Below, one piece after another: positions 39,101-48,211 of a stretch of 64,000 bases of DNA; position 1 is the stretch's first letter, and the number at the start of each line of letters is the position of its first letter. A program made the translations under genes and the position numbers. Where the stretch lies: IMG/VR virus record IMGVR_UViG_3300042317_001497; one strand, 5' to 3'. This stretch comes from a virus. The notes beneath the pieces are model-generated. The model worked only from the letters and a program-made list of their open reading frames with translations, made no database searches and was not told the origin of the DNA.

Positions 39101-40121
39101 CTTTTAATAGGTAGCTATGTGTGGTCCTATCCATCATAGGAGAGGTTGACAATATCTGACATAATTTTTTAAGAAGCCTTGCTTTTCTTAGATTTAAACC
39201 AGATCCCATACCTTTAATGTTTTTGATAGATAATAAATTATATATTTCCCTATAGTTATTATATAAACATGGCGACAGATAAGAGTTAGAAGCACTCGGG
39301 CTTTGTATAGAATATGAAGTATTTTTATCTTTAACATTATTAAAATAAGAAAACTGCTCTCCATTACTTATCCAAAGCTCAGTATACTTACTATTATTAT
39401 TTAAATTATATTTATCTAAATATTTACTAAAAACTGTGGATGTGGATTTTAGATTTTTAATCAAAATTGCAGTATTAGAACTATTCTTGGGATGAAAGTA
39501 ATATGTACTACGCTCCTGTGTAGATGATAATTCGCTATAGTCTACTCGACTTCTATTAGTAGAGATAAGGGTATCTTGATTATATTTTACCACTATAGAG
39601 TTTGTCTCAAGATAATCAGAACTAACAACTCTTAATATTGTACCATTTGGTACTTTAGGTAGGTTTTCTAACGAAATATTATCCTCTTTATCACTATTCC
39701 TATACCAACATAATAAGCCATATACTACATCAAATGGCACTATAGACGAATTTATGATCCAGTCATATTTAATTAATGTATTAGGATTGGACACTTTCCA
39801 AGTATTAAAAGAGGGAACAAATGATAGAAAATTTTCAATACCATATCTTTTATGTCTAAAAGAGGAATTTCTACCTAAAATTTTATTACTAACATGAGCA
39901 TCATCCTTGATAAATACAGGAAGCCAAATATCTAAATCTGTAGTATTATCTAGCAAAGTATTTAAAATATCATATTTAAGAAAAATTTCATTTTCGGTAT
40001 TACTCTCCTCATATTTAATTTTTATAGAGCTAGACGTTTCTATTAAACTATAAGGAGATAAATCATTTGCTAGAACACTATTATTTATAGTGCATTTTTT
40101 AAGATTATCTTTTAGGTACAT
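33144..40121 (-). CDS. Giant (2325 aa) putative virion protein with PKD-like and proprotein-convertase P-domain-like segments
   Basis: FLWNQVSG...GKYVISCLVT (PKD/REJ-like); IEDIEVKLNF...NLIVWL...FTLKV...LCSWELIL (P-domain-like); short PT linker. Confidence 0.55.
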   Translation of the reverse strand: MYLKDNLKKCTINNSVLANDLSPYSLIETSSSIKIKYEESNTENEIFLKYDILNTLLDNTTDLDIWLPVFIKDDAHVSNKILGRNSSFRHKRYGIENFLSFVPSFNTWKVSNPNTLIKYDWIINSSIVPFDVVYGLLCWYRNSDKEDNISLENLPKVPNGTILRVVSSDYLETNSIVVKYNQDTLISTNRSRVDYSELSSTQERSTYYFHPKNSSNTAILIKNLKSTSTVFSKYLDKYNLNNNSKYTELWISNGEQFSYFNNVKDKNTSYSIQSPSASNSYLSPCLYNNYREIYNLLSIKNIKGMGSGLNLRKARLLKKLCQILSTSPMMDRTTHSYLLKEEIQSAVAIFLNTSLSDTDNEISALKDVCKIIFTAIKDLSFGLAKSNLSDNYITSSEALFRKITNKYSGYLSIEADTNLTYKNKLENGPHVFINQNLQNVCDKTLENIDVFNNQSFTVGNISIATTINSQDSKIILNKNKTIPLYDIAKKKDTNTNNSIFTAGPDILYQVDKKTYKEGKEIEINLDRVTTGIPNSSFLWNQVSGKCLRFSDFNKDKNRVYRLKNSTYFQPTVYIYGIGKYVISCLVTTENGSVQDFVTINVVDTPTTIQNQPSIINQPVIFPREPIRLSSDNLNIMCPSLSQIAISKYGLFWPLKSNSYIYEAGDFKSSRLEGKFRFAFDVQSVQQKDADLVLGYTPNNTKIQIRQIILENMRDSKDCPDCAQCKSFYENLFAKDKDSADYHRELFYPDYFYLNTYNNQGRVGQEKFDYPKVSNKYAPDILSYGGYPNEIIDKLGINLPNHPAPGVALPLVTGNPMTVPERNGKTKHLCYLQPINYSADSEYISEFHKGVFHPNSGWIIDPATTNSVLQKYSGIDQKEYDTIKNKTSSLKFNTAHRKTFTFKGSGFTNLESLYIDEINVPNIYSSSINLGITKEILPEKSVGEPDAEQMEAKQDKDEQKEIQDLNTHLGIRNLNNGNSQNVFFDEFIYDENKSLVDPACPIINNSSISTNIGSEVSVDYFFTVRGSRLPKKIPRDYPRVLQSSEINNLKIEDIEVKLNFLNYVNTKNLIVWLEADLAPEAAKIFCASRRNKINADDYLYNNELGLDSLKNSLPEDTYRYLEAIYNMNKPETVCPTLEDDETPPAVKIKLYLLNQDHISHNQYNVSLKFSDRAPYINVLTNHNLVQNINKTQNVVSNELHIQPTITAPGFNDIDSFKHKQILLNNHINLYYNKFAQFKELPLFQDTDALPYGATKFTLKVAVVEDTDEMRLYDNLSNNDILSHYKNTEEIRQSSQLNNSLCSWELILHTSSSPKFIDKDALGLIDYDNSPKIPGYNFIASFEDKKYLIPPVNLNAPNNYFNNINLCVYDDPIITRTSFLRPPEFPSHAILQILAGPGLLIGGAGGGLMGLLGSLGTDMSAGYNEILSYLSDIRNTELLNSLAYLVNKGDYDTWGFGNPEKVLLNISKDKLIWYKLEASIFKYTNTPILNNNKYKFIRLHKDICEGLSTFDFTTISSLRDILDIKTTLTTDEKMSGETDELREGDIVEINAPVGGLSNTANNGFYFISKNSWEKITKALLIKNLIDYNIIDLDLNTLATPDLGTSESKVFSVLIQGSRAYHFFNKNNTVSINKDTYKIKNTGTIIKNNLLYTILTLSSTNSVVVPSSGVIAFNTFQSDVLLVYKPEKTISTENLPFNRWGLEKSVVNNQTRIVPDQFFSLLGEGSYGTGSSFLRPNILSSVEKYNHLDNIYDIFNNHENDKYKYNKITFTLGDKKKILTGAKISGKAYSMEDLSYFIHNNFKLVSNDTNDTAKELLIKEINKIILNQTTFKNQQNFIFIDLKSDQFTKSFFEKTSEPDAEGNTSITTIDYGDIEIENDYIVETPINAITKSDIDILTGRLSDLDLVSSNEENITIDKINTLSIPDLISLSKKLEPDLPECYTNSGRTECPQKIIKNKLNTLYNEKNKIIQTLNTYAKKITKDTKTPTPTTTGSTLAPTPTPTASVNLVSYEPLPLNGVLPYETIEITLDEYGAVIIKNKTNDDNYWINIDPHQGCSLARDATIKILSKIEYECVSTIKTAAGGLGQIPIAAVNFQHVCATETPSFPPGLGKDMQFDNKVTTFTYTVPKDIVDAQKQQYPSITSWEEITMSGPKAGGPTRTFALNADNVGGASTNRDVVVIAYEKYWMPSRELINQSNLEPDGNVKNKVQDIFNLDSTERLYVQFRNIPRKLRNIDQHNSNMIPGTDGSYYRSGVNSGAEVNNYFVAWHSVDSETGSSIEIPDYYKLQNEMIFRAFFGSVDGIENKNSNQFNNLEPFEWIPYEYDQDK

Positions 40122-40127
40122 AATATA

Positions 40128-43100
40128 TTATTGCTCAACAGCGGTTATAGTCCAGTTACCATCCATAAAAGTAAACATTCCTTTTTTATCCTTTACTACT
40201 GTGTAATTAAAAGGATTACTAAAAGAAACCAACATTGTTGGTATTTCTCCTGCTTTTTTACCAGCAGCATAAGCCATTTGTATTACTGCTTTATTGCCAT
40301 TATCAATAATTCCTTTACAAATAAAAGAGGGCTTAGTAATCGGCTCATAGAAACCAGTGTCTGTATCATATCGACAGAGAAGTTTACACCCTCTAGGAGC
40401 TGTATATCCCGCTCTATCTTTAACATATACTAATCTTCTTTGTCCATTAGGTAAAGGTTCTGATGAATATTCTAAATCATCTAGAAACCCTCTTGCTACA
40501 TAGGTTTCATCATAGTTATATTCTTTAACTAAATCCTCTTCCAAAACCACATAAACCATTTTATAAATACTAGCTTGATCACTAGTAGTAGACCACACCC
40601 TTTTTTCTTCATCCCATCTTAAATCTATTGGTCCTACTGGCCATAAATCTGGCCTTTCCGCCCAGTTTAAATAAAACTGCTTTAGTTTTTTCTTTGATGT
40701 CCATTTACCCTCCTTAAATTCTTGTGTTTTACCAATGATATCTCCTAATATTGAGTTTTGAACCTGTAGAAAACCACCTGTCTCATCTGATAAATCATTA
40801 GTATATTCAACTTTAAAAACATCTCTATCATCAGCTATACTAGTGAAATCATCTAATAATAAAGATGGAGATTTAATAAGATCAATAGTATCTGTCTTAT
40901 TTAATACAAATAGATCTCCGTTTTTTAGTTTTGAATATTTTGTGGAACTGGTAGATACTGATCTAGTTAATTTAAATCTTTTAGGATTACCAAATTCATC
41001 AACCTCTTTCGGTTCATCAGCAGCATTGGGAATAGGATATCCCTCCTTATCATAACCCCATCCGTGGAGCATTATGGGTCCTCTAAGACCCAAAAATCTT
41101 TGATTATTTAAAAACTGGGGATTATCCTTATTCAAAATATCTTTTTGATAGTAATCGGCATTAAATCCTAAGCCACGTTCTGTTTGTTCTTTATTTGTTG
41201 CTGGATCTATATATTTTAATAAATTTTGAGATATTTCTAAAGACTGATTTTTTTTAGGAGCCACGGTTCCTTTAGCAACAACTCGTATGCTGTGCCGACA
41301 TCTGTCTACATATGTTCCATTGTTTTGTACATTAGGATTTCTAAACTCACCATAAGGAACAACGATTGGTTGTAAACTATATAAATTAACCGGTATTTCC
41401 TCTGAAGACGAAGAAGAGTCTGAACTACTAGCAGCTGAAGTTGATGAGGAGCTGCTAATAGCTGTATTAAAATTAATTAAAGTATCAATATCATTAGTAT
41501 CAGTAATAATATAAGGAGGTAATGTTTCTATACTGGATGATGTTTTGGTTGTTTTAGAAGAATACGATATGATTTTTCTTTTATTGGCGCAATAAGAACA
41601 ATAGAATGTTCCAGTAGCGTTTTGTCCTTGCTTATTAACATATGTGTCAGATATTGATTTTGTACCCTTACAATATGGACATGATGATGATGTATATGGA
41701 ACTAAAGGATATGTAGTATTAAAAAGCGTCGGATAAAAAGATACGGGGGAAAATAAACCATCTAAACTCATTAATGATTTATTAGCGTACTCAGCATTCA
41801 TCTCTACCGCGATTTCTTTTGTTGGATATATACCAACAAAGGTATTATACCTTAAGTTTTTTTTATTCTGATTGATACCATTAGAATCACCGGTTATACT
41901 GTCATTTTTCGAAGAGCCATCCCCCAAGTCTCTGCCATAAGGCAAACTCATTATATTATTGATTTCCTCCTCAAGTTGTTCTATTTTTTCTTGTATTTGT
42001 TTTTTTAGTTGATCATTATTCGTATTTTCTTCGGTGTTTTCAAGATTTTCTAAATTCTGCCGTAAATAACTTAATCTTTTTACATTAAATAATTTATCAT
42101 TAGGTAAAAATGGTCTTGCCACACCACACATTACTTCTACGGGACTAGTAGCATAAAATTTAGAAGTTACTTCCCTAGCGCCTAATTTTCTATTATCGCC
42201 AATATCATTTAATCTTCTTTGTTTTTCATTATTAACTCTACTAATAATACTACCAGACATTGATGCAAATTGTTTATTTCTTTTAATTCCCATCAAAGCA
42301 TTTTGTTTTAATCTATCACCGGTTTCCTTATTAAAAAATCCTAATTTTCTAATATATGTTCTAAAACCATAAGTTGTTGTGATAGATCCTCCTACACTTA
42401 CCTGAATGCTACTAATCAAAGGAGCAATAGGATTAGGATTTATTGATGATAGCTTTATAGTCTCATATGTAATAGGTGAACTTGTAGTAGAACTATTACT
42501 ATAGTCAAAACCCACAAGAACTTGTCCCGCTAACGGAGCATTAGGAACAGGATTTGAATTTGAAGTATTATATTTCACATCTGTATAGTTTAAAGTATCA
42601 ATTTCTACATTATATAATTGATTATTAAATTTAATTTGATTATTTCCTTGAACAGATGGGGTAAAATAGGTAAATCTAGAACCCAAACCAAAAATAGGCA
42701 AGCCAGGCATATCTATCTGTGCTGTTTCAAGAACTTGTTGGTAATTAACATTATTTTGTATTTCTGAAATCACTCTTTGATCTAAGAAACTCATTCCTCC
42801 ATAATTCCACGGAGCAAAATCTTGGTTTTGATCTATTTTTACTCCTCCTATAAGATTCTCTATAGCTTCATTAGGATTACTAGCATCTGGAAATATATCT
42901 GATGCTATAAGATTAGGATAATTAGTCCATGGACCATAGCAAAACTGATTACTCTTAATGGGTATTCCAGCAAAAAAAGGATGCGCCATTTTTGGAGCTA
43001 TTGTCATATATTTAGGACTATTATTTCCCATATTATTTCCTAACAATAAAGCATTATTTCCAATCATAGGAGAAATAAAACTCATCATATATCCTACAAA

Positions 43101-46100
43101 ATTAGGATCTTCAGAGCCTACTGGTATTTTTTTCAAATAAATTAATAAGTCTTCTAAGGCAACATTAGCTATTATCGTAATATTAGGATCTGTTTCGTAT
43201 GAATAGCTTGTAGTCGTTAAAGGAATACCGGGAGAATCTATAATAATACGGGGTTCTTGTAATGTTTTTGGAGAGAGAAAAATAATTTTATCTTCTACAT
43301 TTGTTTTACAATATAGTTTTTTTGATGCGGATAAAGGGATTTTATTTCTATTGAATGCACTTTTTACAGGATTTACACAAGGGGTTACAACATAACTACC
43401 CTCAGATAAAGCTGTTACATCCAAAGATGGAAAAATAAATTTTGAATCATCACAAGCTCCTGATAGATTAGCTTGAAATAAATAATCATAGTTGGTTTTT
43501 ATATAATCTTTTTTCCATTGATATCCCGCTTTTTGTTCCTCCGAAAGAGAATTATAATAATTGGCAGCGGCCGGGTCTACATAGATAGCTTTGTTTAAAA
43601 TATCCAGTCCACACATGGCCCTACTAACATAATCAAAAGAATCTGACGCATTATATCCTAATAGGGGAGGAATTTTACCATTATCATCAGCTAATACATA
43701 GTAATACGGACTACCAACAAAAATACTATCGTCTATAATATTTCCATATTCTTCCCATGCCCCATCATCAGCCGGCTCATAATTATAGTATATTTTACCA
43801 CTACCCTGAAATACTGATATAGTATCTGATCCTGCTGGTATTTGTATATCAGAATATTGGGTGTCTCTATAGCTTACCAATTCTGGAACTTTTACCATGT
43901 ATTTTCTGCCATAATATTTATTAGCTATTTTTTGAATATATGAATGAATTATCTCTAAGTCTTTTAGAAAATTAGGATTAATAAAAAAATCGCCGTTAAT
44001 ATTGGTAGATGTATTTTGAGCCACAAAACCAGAAGGATGACCAGTAGTAGAACGAGCAGCAATATTAGCGGGTGAATTATCCCAACAACTATCGAAATTA
44101 GAAATACCAAGAGATATACCAAGATTAGAATATGCTTCTACAAGCATTAGAAAAATGCCCGGCTTAAAAATCTTACCCAAACAATATAATAAGAAATTAT
44201 CAAATCCTGCTATAGCCGCTCTCATCTCTGTTTCAAACAGTAAAAAATATTTATCCTGATTAAAAGGATTCAAAGATACGCTAATTTTTGGCAAATCTGC
44301 TATATTTATACTTACTACTAATTGGCCAGTCCATGTGTCTAGAAATACTGGACGAACTAATCTATAAGTGTTGTTGTCAGGATTTGTATCAACGGTCAAA
44401 GTCTCTTCCATCTGAAATCCAAAAAATGGACAAATAACATCTTTATATAAAGGAAAAAATCTAGCTGTGGTGTCTCTGCTATTTGTAACAGCTTTTGCTG
44501 GGCCATAATTTCCAGATAAAACATTATTATTAGTTTTATCATCTGTAATTTCTTTATCATTCCATATATCATCTATATCCTCAAACCTATTTAATTCTAG
44601 AGTATTCTTTATATCTTCGTCATTATTAAATAAAGCAGTAATATCCGCTCCATTAATTCTTGTTGACAACGCTGGATTTCTTGTGGATAAACTGGTAGGA
44701 AGTCTCATTTTACCCAGATTTGCTTGTCCCTCATGCTGGAAAAAATTAACAAAAGTTTGCAAAACAGGGTGATAGACATATGATGTTTGATTATATGCTA
44801 GTCTATAATTTTTTGCTTGATATAATCTTTGTTGCTGTGGTCCAAAATACATTGCTCGTGGCGCAGTTTCATTTTTTTCTTTACCTATATTACTAGCAGA
44901 TATAGGCATATTATTCTTTTTAAATTCTTCTATAGTATTTACAACTTGATTAGGGATTGGTTGTTTAGCTCTAGAAACTGTTCTAACTTTTAAAATAGTA
45001 TAAGGTTGAGATAAATATGTTGCAGGAATCATATCGAAATAGAAGTCATATCCCGTATCATCTGTTATTCTTCTGATCAGATTCATTATGCTCATAACAG
45101 TCTCAGATATTCTATAGTCCATTGGAGGTCTAGGTAATTCAGACAGATCCAAAGCTATGTGACATCTTTCAATACCATTTATATCTAGTGATGGAGGTAT
45201 AACACCAAAACTATAAGAGCCAAACGCTGGTTTAATTCTAGTATAGGTTGTATTTTCTTGTACGGTTTTTAATAAGATTCTACCAAATGGAGAAAAGGCT
45301 CTTTTTTGAGAAGTATTTAGTGGTGCAGCGGGGTCGTTGGGGGAGTCTGATCTTGCTGATGTAAGCACAGACAGTGCATCTATGATAGATACAGCACTTA
45401 TACCCTCATCATTATACTTAGAACCACCGAAATAATTCAAACCCATAGACTCTAAAAAACCATAAACATTAAATACATTAGGAAGATTTCCTTGTTTTAG
45501 AGTTCCATAATTTAAAACGGCGTCATTGTCTCCAAGATAGTTGCTACCAGAACCATAAGTAGATGATGATAGTTTACTAAAAATAGAACCACCATATTGA
45601 CCCAGAATAATATGACACTGATCCAAAAAAGAATCGGCGCTTTCTATAGAAACCCTATAATTTCTACCACCACTACCATAATCTCTACTCCAGTCTCTAA
45701 CAATACCAGCAAACGAGAAATCCCCCATTTTGAAACAAACAGGGGTGTTTATTATATCAAAACCCTTGGACTGATCAATTATGCTCTGGTCATTGGAATA
45801 GGTTCCATCAACTGAAATTGCTGTTTTGTCTCCGAAAAAACCAGGGTCTTGATCATACCAGTATCGTGATACAAAACCGTTATTGTTGTCCCAAGCATAA
45901 TAAACTTTGCCTGGAACTATACGTTCTTTAGGAGCTGGATCGTTTTTAGAATCAAAAGGTCTGCCCAATTCATCTATATAACATTCATCATCAACACAAG
46001 TATAATGATGATTATCGGCATAAGATCTTCTTGATGTAAATTGAGATTGTCTAATAGTAGATTGATTAGAAAAACATGGGGAGGTATCTTCTATAAGATT

Positions 46101-46217
46101 CACAGTTAATTGAGATGGTTGTCCTCCCCATCCCATATTTGTTGTAAAATTTACAACACTAGCTCCTAGGAATAGTGTTTGAGCTGTTAGTTTAGAATTA
46201 GAGCATGATATTGTCAT
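40128..46217 (-). CDS. Giant (2029 aa) putative tail/baseplate structural protein
   Basis: Uninterrupted ORF in the structural arm; QTLFLGASVVNF...SQLTVNLIED N-terminus; CPYC...CSYC; a coiled-coil stretch. Confidence 0.5.
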   Translation of the reverse strand: MTISCSNSKLTAQTLFLGASVVNFTTNMGWGGQPSQLTVNLIEDTSPCFSNQSTIRQSQFTSRRSYADNHHYTCVDDECYIDELGRPFDSKNDPAPKERIVPGKVYYAWDNNNGFVSRYWYDQDPGFFGDKTAISVDGTYSNDQSIIDQSKGFDIINTPVCFKMGDFSFAGIVRDWSRDYGSGGRNYRVSIESADSFLDQCHIILGQYGGSIFSKLSSSTYGSGSNYLGDNDAVLNYGTLKQGNLPNVFNVYGFLESMGLNYFGGSKYNDEGISAVSIIDALSVLTSARSDSPNDPAAPLNTSQKRAFSPFGRILLKTVQENTTYTRIKPAFGSYSFGVIPPSLDINGIERCHIALDLSELPRPPMDYRISETVMSIMNLIRRITDDTGYDFYFDMIPATYLSQPYTILKVRTVSRAKQPIPNQVVNTIEEFKKNNMPISASNIGKEKNETAPRAMYFGPQQQRLYQAKNYRLAYNQTSYVYHPVLQTFVNFFQHEGQANLGKMRLPTSLSTRNPALSTRINGADITALFNNDEDIKNTLELNRFEDIDDIWNDKEITDDKTNNNVLSGNYGPAKAVTNSRDTTARFFPLYKDVICPFFGFQMEETLTVDTNPDNNTYRLVRPVFLDTWTGQLVVSINIADLPKISVSLNPFNQDKYFLLFETEMRAAIAGFDNFLLYCLGKIFKPGIFLMLVEAYSNLGISLGISNFDSCWDNSPANIAARSTTGHPSGFVAQNTSTNINGDFFINPNFLKDLEIIHSYIQKIANKYYGRKYMVKVPELVSYRDTQYSDIQIPAGSDTISVFQGSGKIYYNYEPADDGAWEEYGNIIDDSIFVGSPYYYVLADDNGKIPPLLGYNASDSFDYVSRAMCGLDILNKAIYVDPAAANYYNSLSEEQKAGYQWKKDYIKTNYDYLFQANLSGACDDSKFIFPSLDVTALSEGSYVVTPCVNPVKSAFNRNKIPLSASKKLYCKTNVEDKIIFLSPKTLQEPRIIIDSPGIPLTTTSYSYETDPNITIIANVALEDLLIYLKKIPVGSEDPNFVGYMMSFISPMIGNNALLLGNNMGNNSPKYMTIAPKMAHPFFAGIPIKSNQFCYGPWTNYPNLIASDIFPDASNPNEAIENLIGGVKIDQNQDFAPWNYGGMSFLDQRVISEIQNNVNYQQVLETAQIDMPGLPIFGLGSRFTYFTPSVQGNNQIKFNNQLYNVEIDTLNYTDVKYNTSNSNPVPNAPLAGQVLVGFDYSNSSTTSSPITYETIKLSSINPNPIAPLISSIQVSVGGSITTTYGFRTYIRKLGFFNKETGDRLKQNALMGIKRNKQFASMSGSIISRVNNEKQRRLNDIGDNRKLGAREVTSKFYATSPVEVMCGVARPFLPNDKLFNVKRLSYLRQNLENLENTEENTNNDQLKKQIQEKIEQLEEEINNIMSLPYGRDLGDGSSKNDSITGDSNGINQNKKNLRYNTFVGIYPTKEIAVEMNAEYANKSLMSLDGLFSPVSFYPTLFNTTYPLVPYTSSSCPYCKGTKSISDTYVNKQGQNATGTFYCSYCANKRKIISYSSKTTKTSSSIETLPPYIITDTNDIDTLINFNTAISSSSSTSAASSSDSSSSSEEIPVNLYSLQPIVVPYGEFRNPNVQNNGTYVDRCRHSIRVVAKGTVAPKKNQSLEISQNLLKYIDPATNKEQTERGLGFNADYYQKDILNKDNPQFLNNQRFLGLRGPIMLHGWGYDKEGYPIPNAADEPKEVDEFGNPKRFKLTRSVSTSSTKYSKLKNGDLFVLNKTDTIDLIKSPSLLLDDFTSIADDRDVFKVEYTNDLSDETGGFLQVQNSILGDIIGKTQEFKEGKWTSKKKLKQFYLNWAERPDLWPVGPIDLRWDEEKRVWSTTSDQASIYKMVYVVLEEDLVKEYNYDETYVARGFLDDLEYSSEPLPNGQRRLVYVKDRAGYTAPRGCKLLCRYDTDTGFYEPITKPSFICKGIIDNGNKAVIQMAYAAGKKAGEIPTMLVSFSNPFNYTVVKDKKGMFTFMDGNWTITAVEQ

Positions 46218-46222
46218 AAAAA

Positions 46223-48178
46223 CTATGTGTCCAGATAATTACTATAATTATTATCACAATGCTGATAAATCCATGTTACTTGTCTACTATATCGTCCATC
46301 AGCCGGATTCCATGATTGATTGTCTGTTGCTACATATGCCTGTCCAGGTATATTCCTACGACTTAAATTACCAAAAATAGATGCTGGCCTATCTCCGAAT
46401 GGTTTTAATCCTTCAACTATTTGATCTATAGTAGTATACACCATACCTCCTGTATATAATGGGCATGAACTATTGGTCATAAATAAGCCATTAACACTAG
46501 AAGGAGGAACTACCGTAACTTCTATAGAAATATCTTTGCGAGTAGACGTTTTTGTATTCAACGATTGAATAACAGGTCCTAATCTACGACCAATAACAAC
46601 AGTTTCGCTAATAGAATCTGTTGGTCCAGTATCGCTAATACTAATACTTTCTGATATTACTCCACTAATTAATTTAAACCTATTAGTAAACTCACAACTA
46701 TAAGAAATTGTACCTTTTCTTGGATCATGTCCTTCCGCTGTAGATACTGGAATAATATTAAGTAAATTTTCTTTACAATAAATAGGATTATTTGGTGGGG
46801 GCGGTGGAGATGCTGCTGGATTTATATAGTCTGATGTTCTATCCGGCGAATTTAGCACCAAAGAAGCTCTACGGTATAAATATGGTTTTATATCATTTAT
46901 CCATGCGTCAACAGCATTTTCATATTTATTTTTATGGATATTAGTACTGGATGATTGAGAGTTTACGTCTAATAAGCCCCCAACACCATTAAGAGGTCCA
47001 GATAATTGTCCACTAGAATATGTTAGATCTATCTTCCCGTCCTTATCTGGAACCATACCTCCAGATCCCATTATGTCGAATGATTCAATACTAAGTCCTT
47101 TGATATTCCCCTGAATTCTTACAGTTTTAACAAATTTATCATCTGTAGAAGAATCTATACTATAATCTTCTACATATTTGATACCTGTTGGCATAGCTAG
47201 CCATGTATCATTAATTTCATAACTTCCTTCACTAGCACTAAAATTAGTAGTTCTAATATGGTTATATAAAAATGTTTTGTCAAATCCTCCAATATTAGGA
47301 GAATTCATAAAATTAGGATAACCACTATAACTAGCATTTTGACTATACTGACCATAGTTTAAACTAATATCTGCTCTTTGTTGTACCCATTTTTTTGCTT
47401 CTAAATAAGCTGATGCTGGTCCTACGCTGGTATTATCAGTATTTGAGTAACATAAACCAGTAGCTGGTAAACCCACTGCTGATAATCTATGACTAATTCT
47501 AAATTGTGGAACATTAATAATATTTAATGTTGCAGAAGAGTTGGGTCCATTAAGACTACCCGCTGGCTGTGTGCTTCCGGCGGTTGGGGCGGTTGGTTTT
47601 AAATTAGGATTATTATATTCTGTTCTTTGTGATACTCCGGTGCTAAAAGAAGAATAAATATAATCATCCAACGGTTCTATAGACCAACTATCACTACTAT
47701 TAGATACTAAAGGAGATCCTGGTATTGGAGGTTCATAATACTCTAGCTCTACAGAGTAATCTGCTGTTAGTACCCAGTTATTTTCTGATCTTTCAGCATT
47801 AAAACTTTTAACCCTAGCTCCGCTAACGGCTAAAACAGTGTCAGCACCACAGGTAATTTCAAAAGGAGCAGTAGGACATGATGCAAAAAGCTGCTGAAGA
47901 TCAGCAATGGCTTTTGTTATACTTTTTATACCACTTCCATTAGGATCGCTGGTACTTTCTCCAGAGTATCTAACAATCTTACCGCTTAAATTAATGTTTG
48001 TAACTATATTATCTATCTGTCCCGATCCAGACCTGTTAATGCTCTTATTCAAAGAAACCATAGGAACAGGACCGGTTATAGAGTGTATGCCCGATCCGTT
48101 ATATTTAACTTGAACACTAGGACTAGCAGAATATTCTTGAATAGTGAATAAATTTTCTGACGGTTGAATATATGCCAT
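46223..48178 (-). CDS. Putative structural (tail/baseplate) protein, 651 aa
   Basis: Beta-rich Ser/Thr-rich sequence, AAGGA SD, position in the structural operon. Confidence 0.45.
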   Translation of the reverse strand: MAYIQPSENLFTIQEYSASPSVQVKYNGSGIHSITGPVPMVSLNKSINRSGSGQIDNIVTNINLSGKIVRYSGESTSDPNGSGIKSITKAIADLQQLFASCPTAPFEITCGADTVLAVSGARVKSFNAERSENNWVLTADYSVELEYYEPPIPGSPLVSNSSDSWSIEPLDDYIYSSFSTGVSQRTEYNNPNLKPTAPTAGSTQPAGSLNGPNSSATLNIINVPQFRISHRLSAVGLPATGLCYSNTDNTSVGPASAYLEAKKWVQQRADISLNYGQYSQNASYSGYPNFMNSPNIGGFDKTFLYNHIRTTNFSASEGSYEINDTWLAMPTGIKYVEDYSIDSSTDDKFVKTVRIQGNIKGLSIESFDIMGSGGMVPDKDGKIDLTYSSGQLSGPLNGVGGLLDVNSQSSSTNIHKNKYENAVDAWINDIKPYLYRRASLVLNSPDRTSDYINPAASPPPPPNNPIYCKENLLNIIPVSTAEGHDPRKGTISYSCEFTNRFKLISGVISESISISDTGPTDSISETVVIGRRLGPVIQSLNTKTSTRKDISIEVTVVPPSSVNGLFMTNSSCPLYTGGMVYTTIDQIVEGLKPFGDRPASIFGNLSRRNIPGQAYVATDNQSWNPADGRYSRQVTWIYQHCDNNYSNYLDT

Positions 48179-48211
48179 GGTTTATCTATTTTCCTTAAAA
48201 TTATATTGAAT

